Positions 18,646 to 26,348 of a stretch of DNA of 37,983 nucleotides are shown here, piece after piece. Source of the DNA: a bacterium. GTDB lineage: Bacteria > Armatimonadota > HRBIN16. Made by a program: the position numbers and the translations under genes. Each line of letters begins with the position of its first letter. Position 1 is the stretch's first letter. Location: NCBI GenBank assembly GCA_025057335.1, contig JANWXG010000001.1, positions 1 through 37,983 of the forward strand. The letters are read 5' to 3'. Under the pieces are notes generated by a model. The model was given only the letters and a program-made list of their open reading frames with translations, was not told the DNA's origin and made no database searches.

Positions 18646-19461
18646 GTGAAGATTCTTTTCCTAGGGACTTCAGCAGCGGAGGGAGTGCCCGGCATCTTCT
18701 GCGGATGCGAGGTGTGTCAGGTGGCTCGTCAACGGGGAGGCAAGAACCTGCGCACTCGCAGCTCGATATTCATCGACGGGGTTCTCAAGATTGACCTCCC
18801 TCCCGATACATTGCACCACGTGCTGACCTACGGCTTAGACCTATCCCGCCTGCACCATCTGCTCATCACCCATACTCACGAAGACCACCTCGCCCTGCAC
18901 GAGCTGGGCTATCTACTGCCAGGCTTCGCCCAGCGCGAACTGCCGTTAAAGGTGTATGGCAGCGCAGACTTCGCGCGAGCATTGGGTAACGCCTCCGAAA
19001 CGGTACGCAGGGCGTTGGAGGTACACGTGCTGCAACCCTTCACCCCTTACGAAATCGAGCGCTACACGGTGGTGCCTGTGCTGGCGTATCACCGTGAAGA
19101 GGAGGAGTGTTTCAACTACCTCGTGTCCGACGGAACGAAGACGGTGCTATATATGTGCGACACTGGCTGGTATCGGGAAGCCACATGGCGCTATCTGGCT
19201 GGCGTGCGGCTGGATGCCGTGATTGCCGAATGCACGAAGGGTTTCGTCGAGGCGCCGTACGATACACATCTGGGGCTGAACGACGTGTTGCAGCTGAAGG
19301 AACGGCTGCGGGCGATGGGCACTGCTCACGCGCAAACACGCTGGGTGGTGACCCACTTCTCGCACAACGGACGCCCCTTGCACGAGGAGCTGGAGGCGTT
19401 TTGCCGTCCGCATGGGGTAGAGGTGGCTTACGACGGCTGGGAGATGGCACTTTCACCGTGA
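18646..19461 (+). CDS. MBL-fold metallo-hydrolase (PhnP/PqqB-like)
   Basis: HxHxDH motif LITHTHEDHL and an N-terminal CxCxxC (FCGCEVCQ), as in PhnP-like enzymes. VKILFLGTSAAEG is a typical MBL start. The in-frame GTG 18538 is an alternative start. Confidence 0.7.
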   Translation: MKILFLGTSAAEGVPGIFCGCEVCQVARQRGGKNLRTRSSIFIDGVLKIDLPPDTLHHVLTYGLDLSRLHHLLITHTHEDHLALHELGYLLPGFAQRELPLKVYGSADFARALGNASETVRRALEVHVLQPFTPYEIERYTVVPVLAYHREEEECFNYLVSDGTKTVLYMCDTGWYREATWRYLAGVRLDAVIAECTKGFVEAPYDTHLGLNDVLQLKERLRAMGTAHAQTRWVVTHFSHNGRPLHEELEAFCRPHGVEVAYDGWEMALSP

Positions 19462-19608
19462 GAGAGTGCGTAGAGGATGTAGGGGAGGATAAGCAGCACC
19501 CGGTAACGAAAACAGCAGCGAAAGCGTCTAAAGTGCGCGAAGAGCAGGAAGAGGATTGTCGCAGAAGGAATAGTGCAAGTACCCCCTGTGGCTCCGACAG
19601 GGCAATCG

Positions 19609-19637
19609 TTGACAGCCCCCTCGTGACTTGTTACAAT
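19609..19637 (+). promoter_or_regulatory. Strong sigma70-type promoter of the pil operon
   Basis: TTGACA (19609-19614), 17-nt spacer, TACAAT (19632-19637). A purine-rich RBS GGGGGAGGAGGAGAAGG and ATG 19669 follow. Confidence 0.55.
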
Positions 19638-19668
19638 AGGGGCGACAGGGGGAGGAGGAGAAGGAACA

Positions 19669-20985
19669 ATGGCACGTGCCCGAAAAGCAACAGGACCCGT
19701 TTTAGGCTTGGATGTAGGGACGACCTTCATCAAGGTAGCGGAGGTACGTCCGAGTAAAGAAGGTGTGCAGATTAACGCCGTGGGCATGGCTCCCACGCCA
19801 GAGGGCGTTATCGACGAGAGCGGTTACGTTCAGGACCCACAGACGCTCGGACAGGCGATTCGGCAGCTGATGTCCCAAGCAGGCATCTCCACTCGACAGG
19901 TGGTCACCTCCATTCCGGGACAGAGCGCCTTGGTGGTGCGCGTTATCGAGATGCCTAAAATGAGCCCTGCCGAACTGGACAAGTCGATGGCGTGGGAAGT
20001 GGAACGACACATTCCCTTTGCCGCGCAGGGCGACGTGGTCACCGACTACGCAGTTGTGGAGCGCCCTAACGCAGACCCCAACGACCCCAATATGGAGGTA
20101 CTGCTCGCCGCTGCCCAGCAAGACGTGGTCGATGCGGTGGTCAAGGCGCTGTTTGCTGCGCAACTAGACCCCGTCGCTATCGACGTGCAGGTGCTGGCAA
20201 CGGCGCGCACTATCATCGGCTTGCAACCCGAAAAATACCGCGACAAGACCGTGGTGCTGTTGAATATCGGAGCCACAGCTACCGACATGGGCGTGTTCCA
20301 AAGCGGGGTGCTACGCCTACCACGTACCATTCCCATCGCGGGCAACCATTTCACCCAGGCGATTGTGGACTCGCTGGCGTACCGCGTGGAAGGCACAGAC
20401 CCCCGCGAAAGGTTCGCTCACGCAGAGAAGCTCAAGCGCGAGTACGCTGCGGTGCTGCTGGAGCGCCTGGGACCCACCTCCTCCCCTACCTTTGGCGCAG
20501 GCTTCGGGATGCCGACAGGAATGGTGGACTTCTCGCAACCCTCAACGCCCGGTCCTGTAGACTTCTCTGCAGGGTTCGGCGAGCCTAGCTTCGATGTAGG
20601 GGAGGAGCAGCCAGCGCCGCCCGCCCAGCCTACGCCGCCAGTGCCCGCCGAGGCAGAAGAGACCGACCCCCTACGCATCGAGGTGTTCGAGGCGATTGCT
20701 CCCGTGTTGGGAGACTTCCTCGCGGAGGTGCGTCGCTCCATAGAGTTCTATCGTGGGCGTGTACCCGGAGCGCAGGTGGACGAAATCGTGTTGTGTGGCG
20801 GCACCGCTAGAATGAAGAACATGGACCGGTTTCTGACGCAGGAGTTGGGAATCCCTGTGAGCGTCGCCGACCCGCTGACCCATCAGGAGAACCTCGTACG
20901 CCGCTACACGATGCCTTATCTGCAAGAGGTCGCTCCGCTGATGACGGTAGCTATCGGACTAGCGGTTCGGGATATGATCGACTAG
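19669..20985 (+). CDS. pilM: Type IV pilus assembly protein PilM (actin-like ATPase fold) with a ~65-aa low-complexity insert
   Basis: LGLDVGTTFIKVAEVR..., VTSIPGQSALVVRVIEMPKMSPAELDKSMAWEVERHIPF and LCGGTARMKNMDRFLTQELGIPV are PilM hallmarks. At 438 aa it is about 80 aa longer than the usual ~350 aa. Confidence 0.9.
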   Translation: MARARKATGPVLGLDVGTTFIKVAEVRPSKEGVQINAVGMAPTPEGVIDESGYVQDPQTLGQAIRQLMSQAGISTRQVVTSIPGQSALVVRVIEMPKMSPAELDKSMAWEVERHIPFAAQGDVVTDYAVVERPNADPNDPNMEVLLAAAQQDVVDAVVKALFAAQLDPVAIDVQVLATARTIIGLQPEKYRDKTVVLLNIGATATDMGVFQSGVLRLPRTIPIAGNHFTQAIVDSLAYRVEGTDPRERFAHAEKLKREYAAVLLERLGPTSSPTFGAGFGMPTGMVDFSQPSTPGPVDFSAGFGEPSFDVGEEQPAPPAQPTPPVPAEAEETDPLRIEVFEAIAPVLGDFLAEVRRSIEFYRGRVPGAQVDEIVLCGGTARMKNMDRFLTQELGIPVSVADPLTHQENLVRRYTMPYLQEVAPLMTVAIGLAVRDMID

Positions 20986-21006
20986 GCATCTGGAGGGAGG
21001 CAAGTG

Positions 21007-22011
21007 ATGCTGAAACTCAACCTACTACCCCCGAACATCTACGAACCGCGCAAGAAACGCGCGTGGTTCGCTTTGTTTCTGGTAGTGTGGATTGCTCTCG
21101 CGGGGGGATTGATTGCGTGGCAGTTGAGCCTCGTTAACCTGAAGTCGCAGAAGACCCAGGAGCTACAGCAGCAAGAGGCGATCGTGCAGCAGGTAAACCA
21201 GACGGAACAGGAAGCACAGCGCACACGGGCGATGGTAGCGCCTCTGCTCACCCGAACCCAGCTGGCAGACGAGATATTCCGCTACAACCGGCAGTATCCT
21301 AAGCTGTATCGCGAGGTGCGCCGCTGGACGATTGACACCGTGCGCTACGGAAGCATGGGCGTAGCGCAAGGGATGACGCTGCAAGCACAGGCGGTCACGC
21401 GCGACCTAGACGAGATGGCACGCTATCTGCAAATTATGCTGCGGTGTCCGTTGTTCACGGGGGTGAGCATCTCCTGGAGCGGAGCAGGTGGTACTACCAC
21501 AACGCCCACTGCGCCAATGGCAGGGCTAGGGGGCGTTGCGGGTGCTCCTCCCCTCGGAGGGGCTGTAGGCGTTCCTCCCTTCGGCGGCGCCCCGTACGGC
21601 GTCGGTGCTCCGTACGGTGCTCCTTCGGGCATCCCGGGGGCGCCTGGCACTTTTGGCGCACCTGGCGCTCCAGGCGCTGGCTGGAGAGGAACTGGGCCTA
21701 CAGGACAGCAGGCTGCGCAGCAGGGAGTCGTGTTCACCGTCGTCGCCACCTTGCGCGAGCCAGTGATGAGCCAGGTGCAGCAGCTGGTGCAGCAACTGGT
21801 CTCCTCGCTAGGTGGGGTAGGCATGCCTGGTATGGGAGGTATGGGTGCTGGCATGGGAATGCCCGGCGCACCGATGATGGGACCTGGCGTGCCCGGAGCG
21901 CCTCCGATGATGGGTGCTCCGCCCAGCATGGGCGGCGGGATGCCTCCAGTGGGCGCTCCGCCACAGGGAGCGGCGCCCGCTTTGGGAGGACGAGGTCTGA
22001 CGGTGGACTAA
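21007..22011 (+). CDS. pilN: PilN-like type IV pilus assembly protein with long Gly/Pro/Met-rich C-terminal extensions
   Basis: MLKLNLLPPNIYEPRKKR + TM helix + coiled coil is the PilN N-terminal signature. It sits immediately after pilM, and ATG 21007 is 6 nt after GGAGGGAGG. The C-terminal half is low complexity. Confidence 0.8.
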   Translation: MLKLNLLPPNIYEPRKKRAWFALFLVVWIALAGGLIAWQLSLVNLKSQKTQELQQQEAIVQQVNQTEQEAQRTRAMVAPLLTRTQLADEIFRYNRQYPKLYREVRRWTIDTVRYGSMGVAQGMTLQAQAVTRDLDEMARYLQIMLRCPLFTGVSISWSGAGGTTTTPTAPMAGLGGVAGAPPLGGAVGVPPFGGAPYGVGAPYGAPSGIPGAPGTFGAPGAPGAGWRGTGPTGQQAAQQGVVFTVVATLREPVMSQVQQLVQQLVSSLGGVGMPGMGGMGAGMGMPGAPMMGPGVPGAPPMMGAPPSMGGGMPPVGAPPQGAAPALGGRGLTVD

Positions 22012-22026
22012 AAGGAGGGTCGCAGG

Positions 22027-22884
22027 ATGCTAGGGAAACTCACCTTGCAAAACGTCATCGTCATCGGTATCGTGGTGTCGGTAGTCATCGCTTCCGGCAT
22101 CTTCTTCGTGTTGATACGCCCCACTCAGGCGGAGATTAAAAACCTGAACGCCCAGATCGAGGCGGCGAGCCAGCGGGCGGCGCAGTTGCCTGCCGCCAAG
22201 AGGCAATTGGAGGATGCGAAGAAAGAGGTGGAAGAGGCTCGCCAGAAGTGGGCGCGCTACGAGCGGTCGAAGATGCCCAATATCGACATGACAGACCGCC
22301 TGAAGGCGGCGCTGGCTTACTGGAAAGAGCCAGAGCGCACTGCGAAGGTGCTACAGGATTTCGTCTCCAAGTCACAGGATGTGGTTTTCCTAGGTGGTTT
22401 CGCTATCAACGTGCCGACCACCGACCCGAACCAGCTGCCCTGGCCTATCTGGATAGTGCCTTTGGGCACGTTCCAAGTGCAGGGTGATTTCGAGAGCATC
22501 CTGCGTCACGTGGAGCGGTGGAACAATGCACCGCGCCTTGTGCTGGTAGATGGATTGCAACTGAGCGGCGTCAGTCCTCAACTGATAGGACAGTACACCG
22601 CCACGCTATTCATCTTGCCGCGAGCAAAAGACGACAAGCCTGCAGACCTACTGCCCTCCGCAGGAGGCGCACCCGGAATGGGCATGATGCCAGGAATGAG
22701 GATGCCCGGAATGCCTAGCGCGCCAATGATGCCTGGTGCGCCCATGATGGGAGCTCCGCCCAGCATGGGCGGCGGGATGCCCCCAATGGGTGGACCGCGC
22801 CCGCCGATGGCTCCTAGCGGCGGGGCAGGAGTCACGGGTCCCGCTTTGGGCGGTCCCAGCGCGCCCGGCGTGGAGGAGTACTAA
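22027..22884 (+). CDS. pilO: PilO-like type IV pilus assembly protein with a Met/Gly/Pro-rich tail
   Basis: N-terminal TM helix, then a coiled coil (EIKNLNAQIEAASQRAAQLPAAKRQLEDAKKEVEEARQKW), then a ferredoxin-like core. Position after pilN and an AAGGAGGG RBS support the call. Confidence 0.7.
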   Translation: MLGKLTLQNVIVIGIVVSVVIASGIFFVLIRPTQAEIKNLNAQIEAASQRAAQLPAAKRQLEDAKKEVEEARQKWARYERSKMPNIDMTDRLKAALAYWKEPERTAKVLQDFVSKSQDVVFLGGFAINVPTTDPNQLPWPIWIVPLGTFQVQGDFESILRHVERWNNAPRLVLVDGLQLSGVSPQLIGQYTATLFILPRAKDDKPADLLPSAGGAPGMGMMPGMRMPGMPSAPMMPGAPMMGAPPSMGGGMPPMGGPRPPMAPSGGAGVTGPALGGPSAPGVEEY

Positions 22885-22900
22885 AGGAGGCGGTGAGACA

Positions 22901-23686
22901 ATGCAGCAGTGGCTGAACGATCCGAAGAACAGACCATTGGTCATCGGCGGAGCGATTGCGGTAGTGGTTATTGCTGTTGTCGCGGTTCTCCTGTTCATGG
23001 GCGGCGGCAGCCAGCAGACTACTCCGACTCAGACCACAACCGCTCCAGTGGGAGGACCTTCTCGAGAGGAGCTCGAGGGCGATTACGGCGTGCCTACAAC
23101 GGGGGCACCTCCGATGGCAGGCGGACCGAGGGGCGGGATGGGTATGCCTGGAATGGGTGGTATGCCACGTCCTGGCATGGGCGCACAACAGGCTGCTCAA
23201 GTGCCCGCTGGTAACCCCCCGTCGCGCTACCGCGTGGACCCGTTCAAGCCTTTGCCTTGGGAAGCGGACGTGAGCAAGCCCCCCATCCTGTCGGTGGTCA
23301 CGCCAGTGCGCCTGCAGCCTCTGCCGACGCCTCGCGTGAGGGAGGAAGAGCAGGAAGACATTCTTCCCCCGCAGCCCTACCGTCGGGTAGCAGGCATCAT
23401 GTGGGGACAGAGCGTAGCGGCAATTATCGAGACGCAGGGCGACCTGCCCCGTGTAGTGAAGCCGGGAGATACCATTGACGGGTTGCGCGTGGCACGCATC
23501 GAGCCCAACCAAGTCGTACTTTCTACACTGGGCAGGAAACCCCAGGAGATTAGCGTCAAACTGGGCGCACCGATTACCCCAGTACAGCGTGCTTTCCCCG
23601 GCGCTGGCGGTGTGCCAGGAGCAGGAGGTATCCCTGGCGTGCCTCCCGGTGGATTCCCTGGCGGCGGTGCCATGGAAGACTACTGA
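22901..23686 (+). CDS. PilP-position protein: N-terminal TM anchor, Gly/Met-rich linker, PilP/GspC-HR-like beta domain, Gly/Pro tail
   Basis: ATG 22901 follows AAGGAGG. The TM segment is LVIGGAIAVVVIAVVAVLLF. The C-terminal domain YRRVAGIMWGQSVAAIIETQGDLPRVVKPGDTIDGLRVARIEPNQVVLS matches the PilP/GspC beta-sandwich pattern. The upstream part of the track ORF (22790-) overlaps pilO. Confidence 0.55.
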   Translation: MQQWLNDPKNRPLVIGGAIAVVVIAVVAVLLFMGGGSQQTTPTQTTTAPVGGPSREELEGDYGVPTTGAPPMAGGPRGGMGMPGMGGMPRPGMGAQQAAQVPAGNPPSRYRVDPFKPLPWEADVSKPPILSVVTPVRLQPLPTPRVREEEQEDILPPQPYRRVAGIMWGQSVAAIIETQGDLPRVVKPGDTIDGLRVARIEPNQVVLSTLGRKPQEISVKLGAPITPVQRAFPGAGGVPGAGGIPGVPPGGFPGGGAMEDY

Positions 23687-23771
23687 GATTGTCCCTCGCC
23701 TTGTGCTGGACAGAGGCAGAAAGGAAGGGATTTTCGGATGATGCGCGAAAAAACCTGAGGAGGTTATCTTG

Positions 23772-24557
23772 ATGCAGAAAACGTGGCATGTGATGCTGTG
23801 CCTGATGATGCTGGTGAGCCTGACAGTATCTGGTGTGGCACAGGAAAGTAGTCCCCGAGTGACACTCAACTTGGAGAGTGCAAGCATTGCGGATGCGCTG
23901 AAGCTGCTCTTCCGCGCCACAGGCTTCAACTACACCCTAGATGAGTCCGTAGTGCAGGGGTACGTCACCGTCTCCCTGAAGGACGTGACCTTCGAGACAG
24001 CGTTGCGCACCATCCTGCGTTCAGCCAATCCTCCACTAACCTACCGCGTGGACGGGGGGGTGTATATCATCACGCCCCGCATCGAGATGCCCGACACGAC
24101 GCCGATGGAGACGCAGGTAGAGGAACCTGCCCCGGTTCAGCTGCGCACTGAGAAGATCACGATGCAGCATCTCGACTCACTGGCGATTGCCCAGATACTG
24201 GGCGGTAGCGTCGTTGCGCTCAACCAGACAGGCTGGACGTATAGCGGTGGGGGCGGTTACGGCGGCTACGGCGGTTTCGGCGGTGGCTTTGGAGGCGGCT
24301 ACGGCGGCTTCGGAGGCGGCTACGGCGGTTTCGGCGGTGGCTACGGCGGCTTCGGAGGCGGCTACGGTGGCTTCGGTGGCTTTGGCGGCTTCGGAGGCGG
24401 CTACGGCGGCTTTGGTGGCGGCTACGGTGGCCTCGGCGGTGGCTGGGGTGGTGGCGGCTTCGGCGGAGGCTTCAACCGCGGCGGCTTCGGTGGCGGTTTC
24501 GGCGGTGGCTTCGGTCGCGGCGGCGGCTGGGGCGGCGGACGCGGTGGTGGTTTCTAG
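23772..24557 (+). CDS. Secreted secretin-N-terminus (STN/N0-like) paralog ending in a 104-aa Gly-Tyr/Phe repeat tail
   Basis: Signal peptide MQKTWHVMLCLMMLVSLTVSGVAQ. STN-like domain VTLNLESASIADALKLLFRATGFNYTLDESVVQGYVTVSLKDVTFETALRTILRSANPPLTYRVDGGVYIITP. The tail is (GGYGGFG)n running to the stop. ATG 23772 is 8 nt after GAGGAGG. Confidence 0.75.
   Translation: MQKTWHVMLCLMMLVSLTVSGVAQESSPRVTLNLESASIADALKLLFRATGFNYTLDESVVQGYVTVSLKDVTFETALRTILRSANPPLTYRVDGGVYIITPRIEMPDTTPMETQVEEPAPVQLRTEKITMQHLDSLAIAQILGGSVVALNQTGWTYSGGGGYGGYGGFGGGFGGGYGGFGGGYGGFGGGYGGFGGGYGGFGGFGGFGGGYGGFGGGYGGLGGGWGGGGFGGGFNRGGFGGGFGGGFGRGGGWGGGRGGGF
24243..24554 (+). repeat. In-frame 21-nt tandem repeat encoding GGYGGFG heptads
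   Basis: GGCGGCTACGGCGG(C/T)TTCGG(A/C/T) recurs at 24295, 24316, 24337 and 24358, with degenerate copies on both sides. Confidence 0.9.
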
Positions 24558-24638
24558 TGCGTCCGCCCCCGGCACCGCCGGGTCATCGCTGCTCTGCAAG
24601 CTAACGATCTGTAACGAGTAAAAGGAGGACAGAGGTTC

Positions 24639-26318
24639 ATGACACTCCGAGGATGGCGCAATGTCGCGACGTGGTTCGTCGTGGCGTATGCTGTATGGGG
24701 TTCGCTCCCTGCAACGAGTGCTCCGCGCACTCAACAAAACATGCCTTTGGTCAGCCTGACTCTGGTGGAAGCAGAGTTTCGTGATGCAGTGAACATGCTC
24801 ATGCAACGTAGTGGAGCAAGTATTGTGTTGGAGCCGAGCGACAAACCGTACCCGCGCGTGAATGTGAACTTGGTAGACATGCCTTTGGACAAAGCGCTGG
24901 AGTACCTGGCGCGCTCCGCAGGGGCGCGTGTGCGACGCACCGAAGATGGGGTGTTCCTGATTGGTCCTGCTGACAAGGAACCAGAGGCGCCTGTGGTCAA
25001 TGCACCTGCAGAGGAGCCAGTTCTCCCGCCAGCGCCCGTGCGGCTGCGCACGGAGAAGATGAAACTGCAGTACATCAATCCCAGCGAATTCCTCATGCAG
25101 TTGCGCACGGACCCAGAGATTATCGGTATGGACTGGGCGGCACGCAACAGCGGAGCGCTTCTGCAACACCTCATGGACATGACTCGCCCTGGCATGCGCC
25201 CGCTAACTCAACCCCAGCCCATCCTGCCTACAGCGCCTCAGCAGGCTCCCACCTCGACGACCTCCACCACGAACGCTGAACATATGCCCACTCCCAACAC
25301 TGGCTTCGACCAGCGCGGCGCTATGGGCGGAGGAATGGGCTTTGGCGGACAAGTTGGTGGGTTCCGTGGTGGATTGGGCGGCTTCGGGCAGCCTGGGGTC
25401 GGCGGCGGTCTGGGACAGCCAGGTATTGGTGCTGGTGGACAACCGGGTATCGGTGGCGCCGCTGGCGGACTGCTGCAGCTGAGCGCCGATGCACGCATCA
25501 TCGCCGTAGACGTTGACAACTCGCTCATCGTCATCGGCACTGACGAGGACATCGAAACCATCCGCCGCTTCATCCGACTGCTGGATGTGGCGCCGCGACA
25601 GGTAGAGATTAAGGCGGAGTTCGTCACCGTAAAAGTCAGCGAGGTACAGCAGTTCGGTATCGACTGGCTGGTGCAGCAGCTGAATACGCAGGCGGGTAAT
25701 GTGCCTGGTACCTTCGCTCCAGGTGGCAACATCTTTATTCGCTACAGTGCGGGGAACCTGACGGCGGAGCTGCGCACGGCGCTCTCTAACTCGCGTGGTC
25801 GCGTCATCCAGGCTCCCGTCATCACTACCCTGAACAATACGCCCGGCTCTATCTTCGTACAAACCCAGGTGCCTTTCGTGACGACAGTGTTCACCACGCC
25901 GGGACAGGGACAGGTGATTCAGGGTAGTCAGGTGAACTACGTGCCTGTCGTGTCGGGTATGACCGTGACCCCGCGTATTAACGGCGACGGCACCATCACT
26001 TTGTTCATTCCGCTACAGCTGTCAGACATCACGGGTTCGGTACGTGCACCCGACGGCAGCACGTTCCCGATTATCAACAGCCAGGCGGTCTTCACCACGC
26101 GGCGCGTACCCAGCGGACAGACGGTGGTACTGGGCGGCTTCATCCGGCGCAGCGAAGACCGCTCTGTGGCGAAGTTCCCCATCCTGGGCGACCTGCCCTG
26201 GATTGGACACCTGTTCCGTTCCACCAACTTCTCACAGGACGACACCGAGCTGCTCATCTTCCTGACACCACGCATTCTCGAGGAAGCGGGAGCACCAACT
26301 ATCGGCGTTACACCCTAA
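24639..26318 (+). CDS. pilQ: Type IV pilus secretin PilQ (GspD/PilQ family) with an internal Gly-rich insert
   Basis: Signal peptide and STN-like N-terminus. Secretin_N element ARIIAVDVDNSLIVIGTDEDIETIRRFIRLLD. C-terminal secretin domain ending FPILGDLPWIGHLFRSTNFSQDDTELLIFLTPRIL. AAAGGAGG RBS upstream. Confidence 0.9.
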   Translation: MTLRGWRNVATWFVVAYAVWGSLPATSAPRTQQNMPLVSLTLVEAEFRDAVNMLMQRSGASIVLEPSDKPYPRVNVNLVDMPLDKALEYLARSAGARVRRTEDGVFLIGPADKEPEAPVVNAPAEEPVLPPAPVRLRTEKMKLQYINPSEFLMQLRTDPEIIGMDWAARNSGALLQHLMDMTRPGMRPLTQPQPILPTAPQQAPTSTTSTTNAEHMPTPNTGFDQRGAMGGGMGFGGQVGGFRGGLGGFGQPGVGGGLGQPGIGAGGQPGIGGAAGGLLQLSADARIIAVDVDNSLIVIGTDEDIETIRRFIRLLDVAPRQVEIKAEFVTVKVSEVQQFGIDWLVQQLNTQAGNVPGTFAPGGNIFIRYSAGNLTAELRTALSNSRGRVIQAPVITTLNNTPGSIFVQTQVPFVTTVFTTPGQGQVIQGSQVNYVPVVSGMTVTPRINGDGTITLFIPLQLSDITGSVRAPDGSTFPIINSQAVFTTRRVPSGQTVVLGGFIRRSEDRSVAKFPILGDLPWIGHLFRSTNFSQDDTELLIFLTPRILEEAGAPTIGVTP

Positions 26319-26348
26319 AGCGGTGTCCATTGCTCGTTACAGATCGGT

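Noticed and set aside
21423-22139. ORFs 21423..21929 (-) and 21444..22139 (+) with Pro/Gly/Arg repeats
   Set aside because: They are alternative-frame readings of the low-complexity pilN tail. The pilN frame is supported by its N-terminal PilN signature and operon context.
22832-23929. 365-aa minus-strand ORF
   Set aside because: It is antisense to the PilP-position gene and the start of the STN/GY gene. Its composition (Arg/His/Ser/Cys-rich) is typical of non-coding frames in GC-rich DNA, and it would break an otherwise co-directional operon.
24177-25169. 330-aa minus-strand ORF and the 144-aa plus-strand ORF (24187..24621) rich in Ala/Thr/Glu repeats
   Set aside because: They are frame-shifted or antisense shadows of the GGC-rich Gly repeat (GGC read as GCC or GCG). 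They span the intergenic gap and the pilQ start, and have no RBS.
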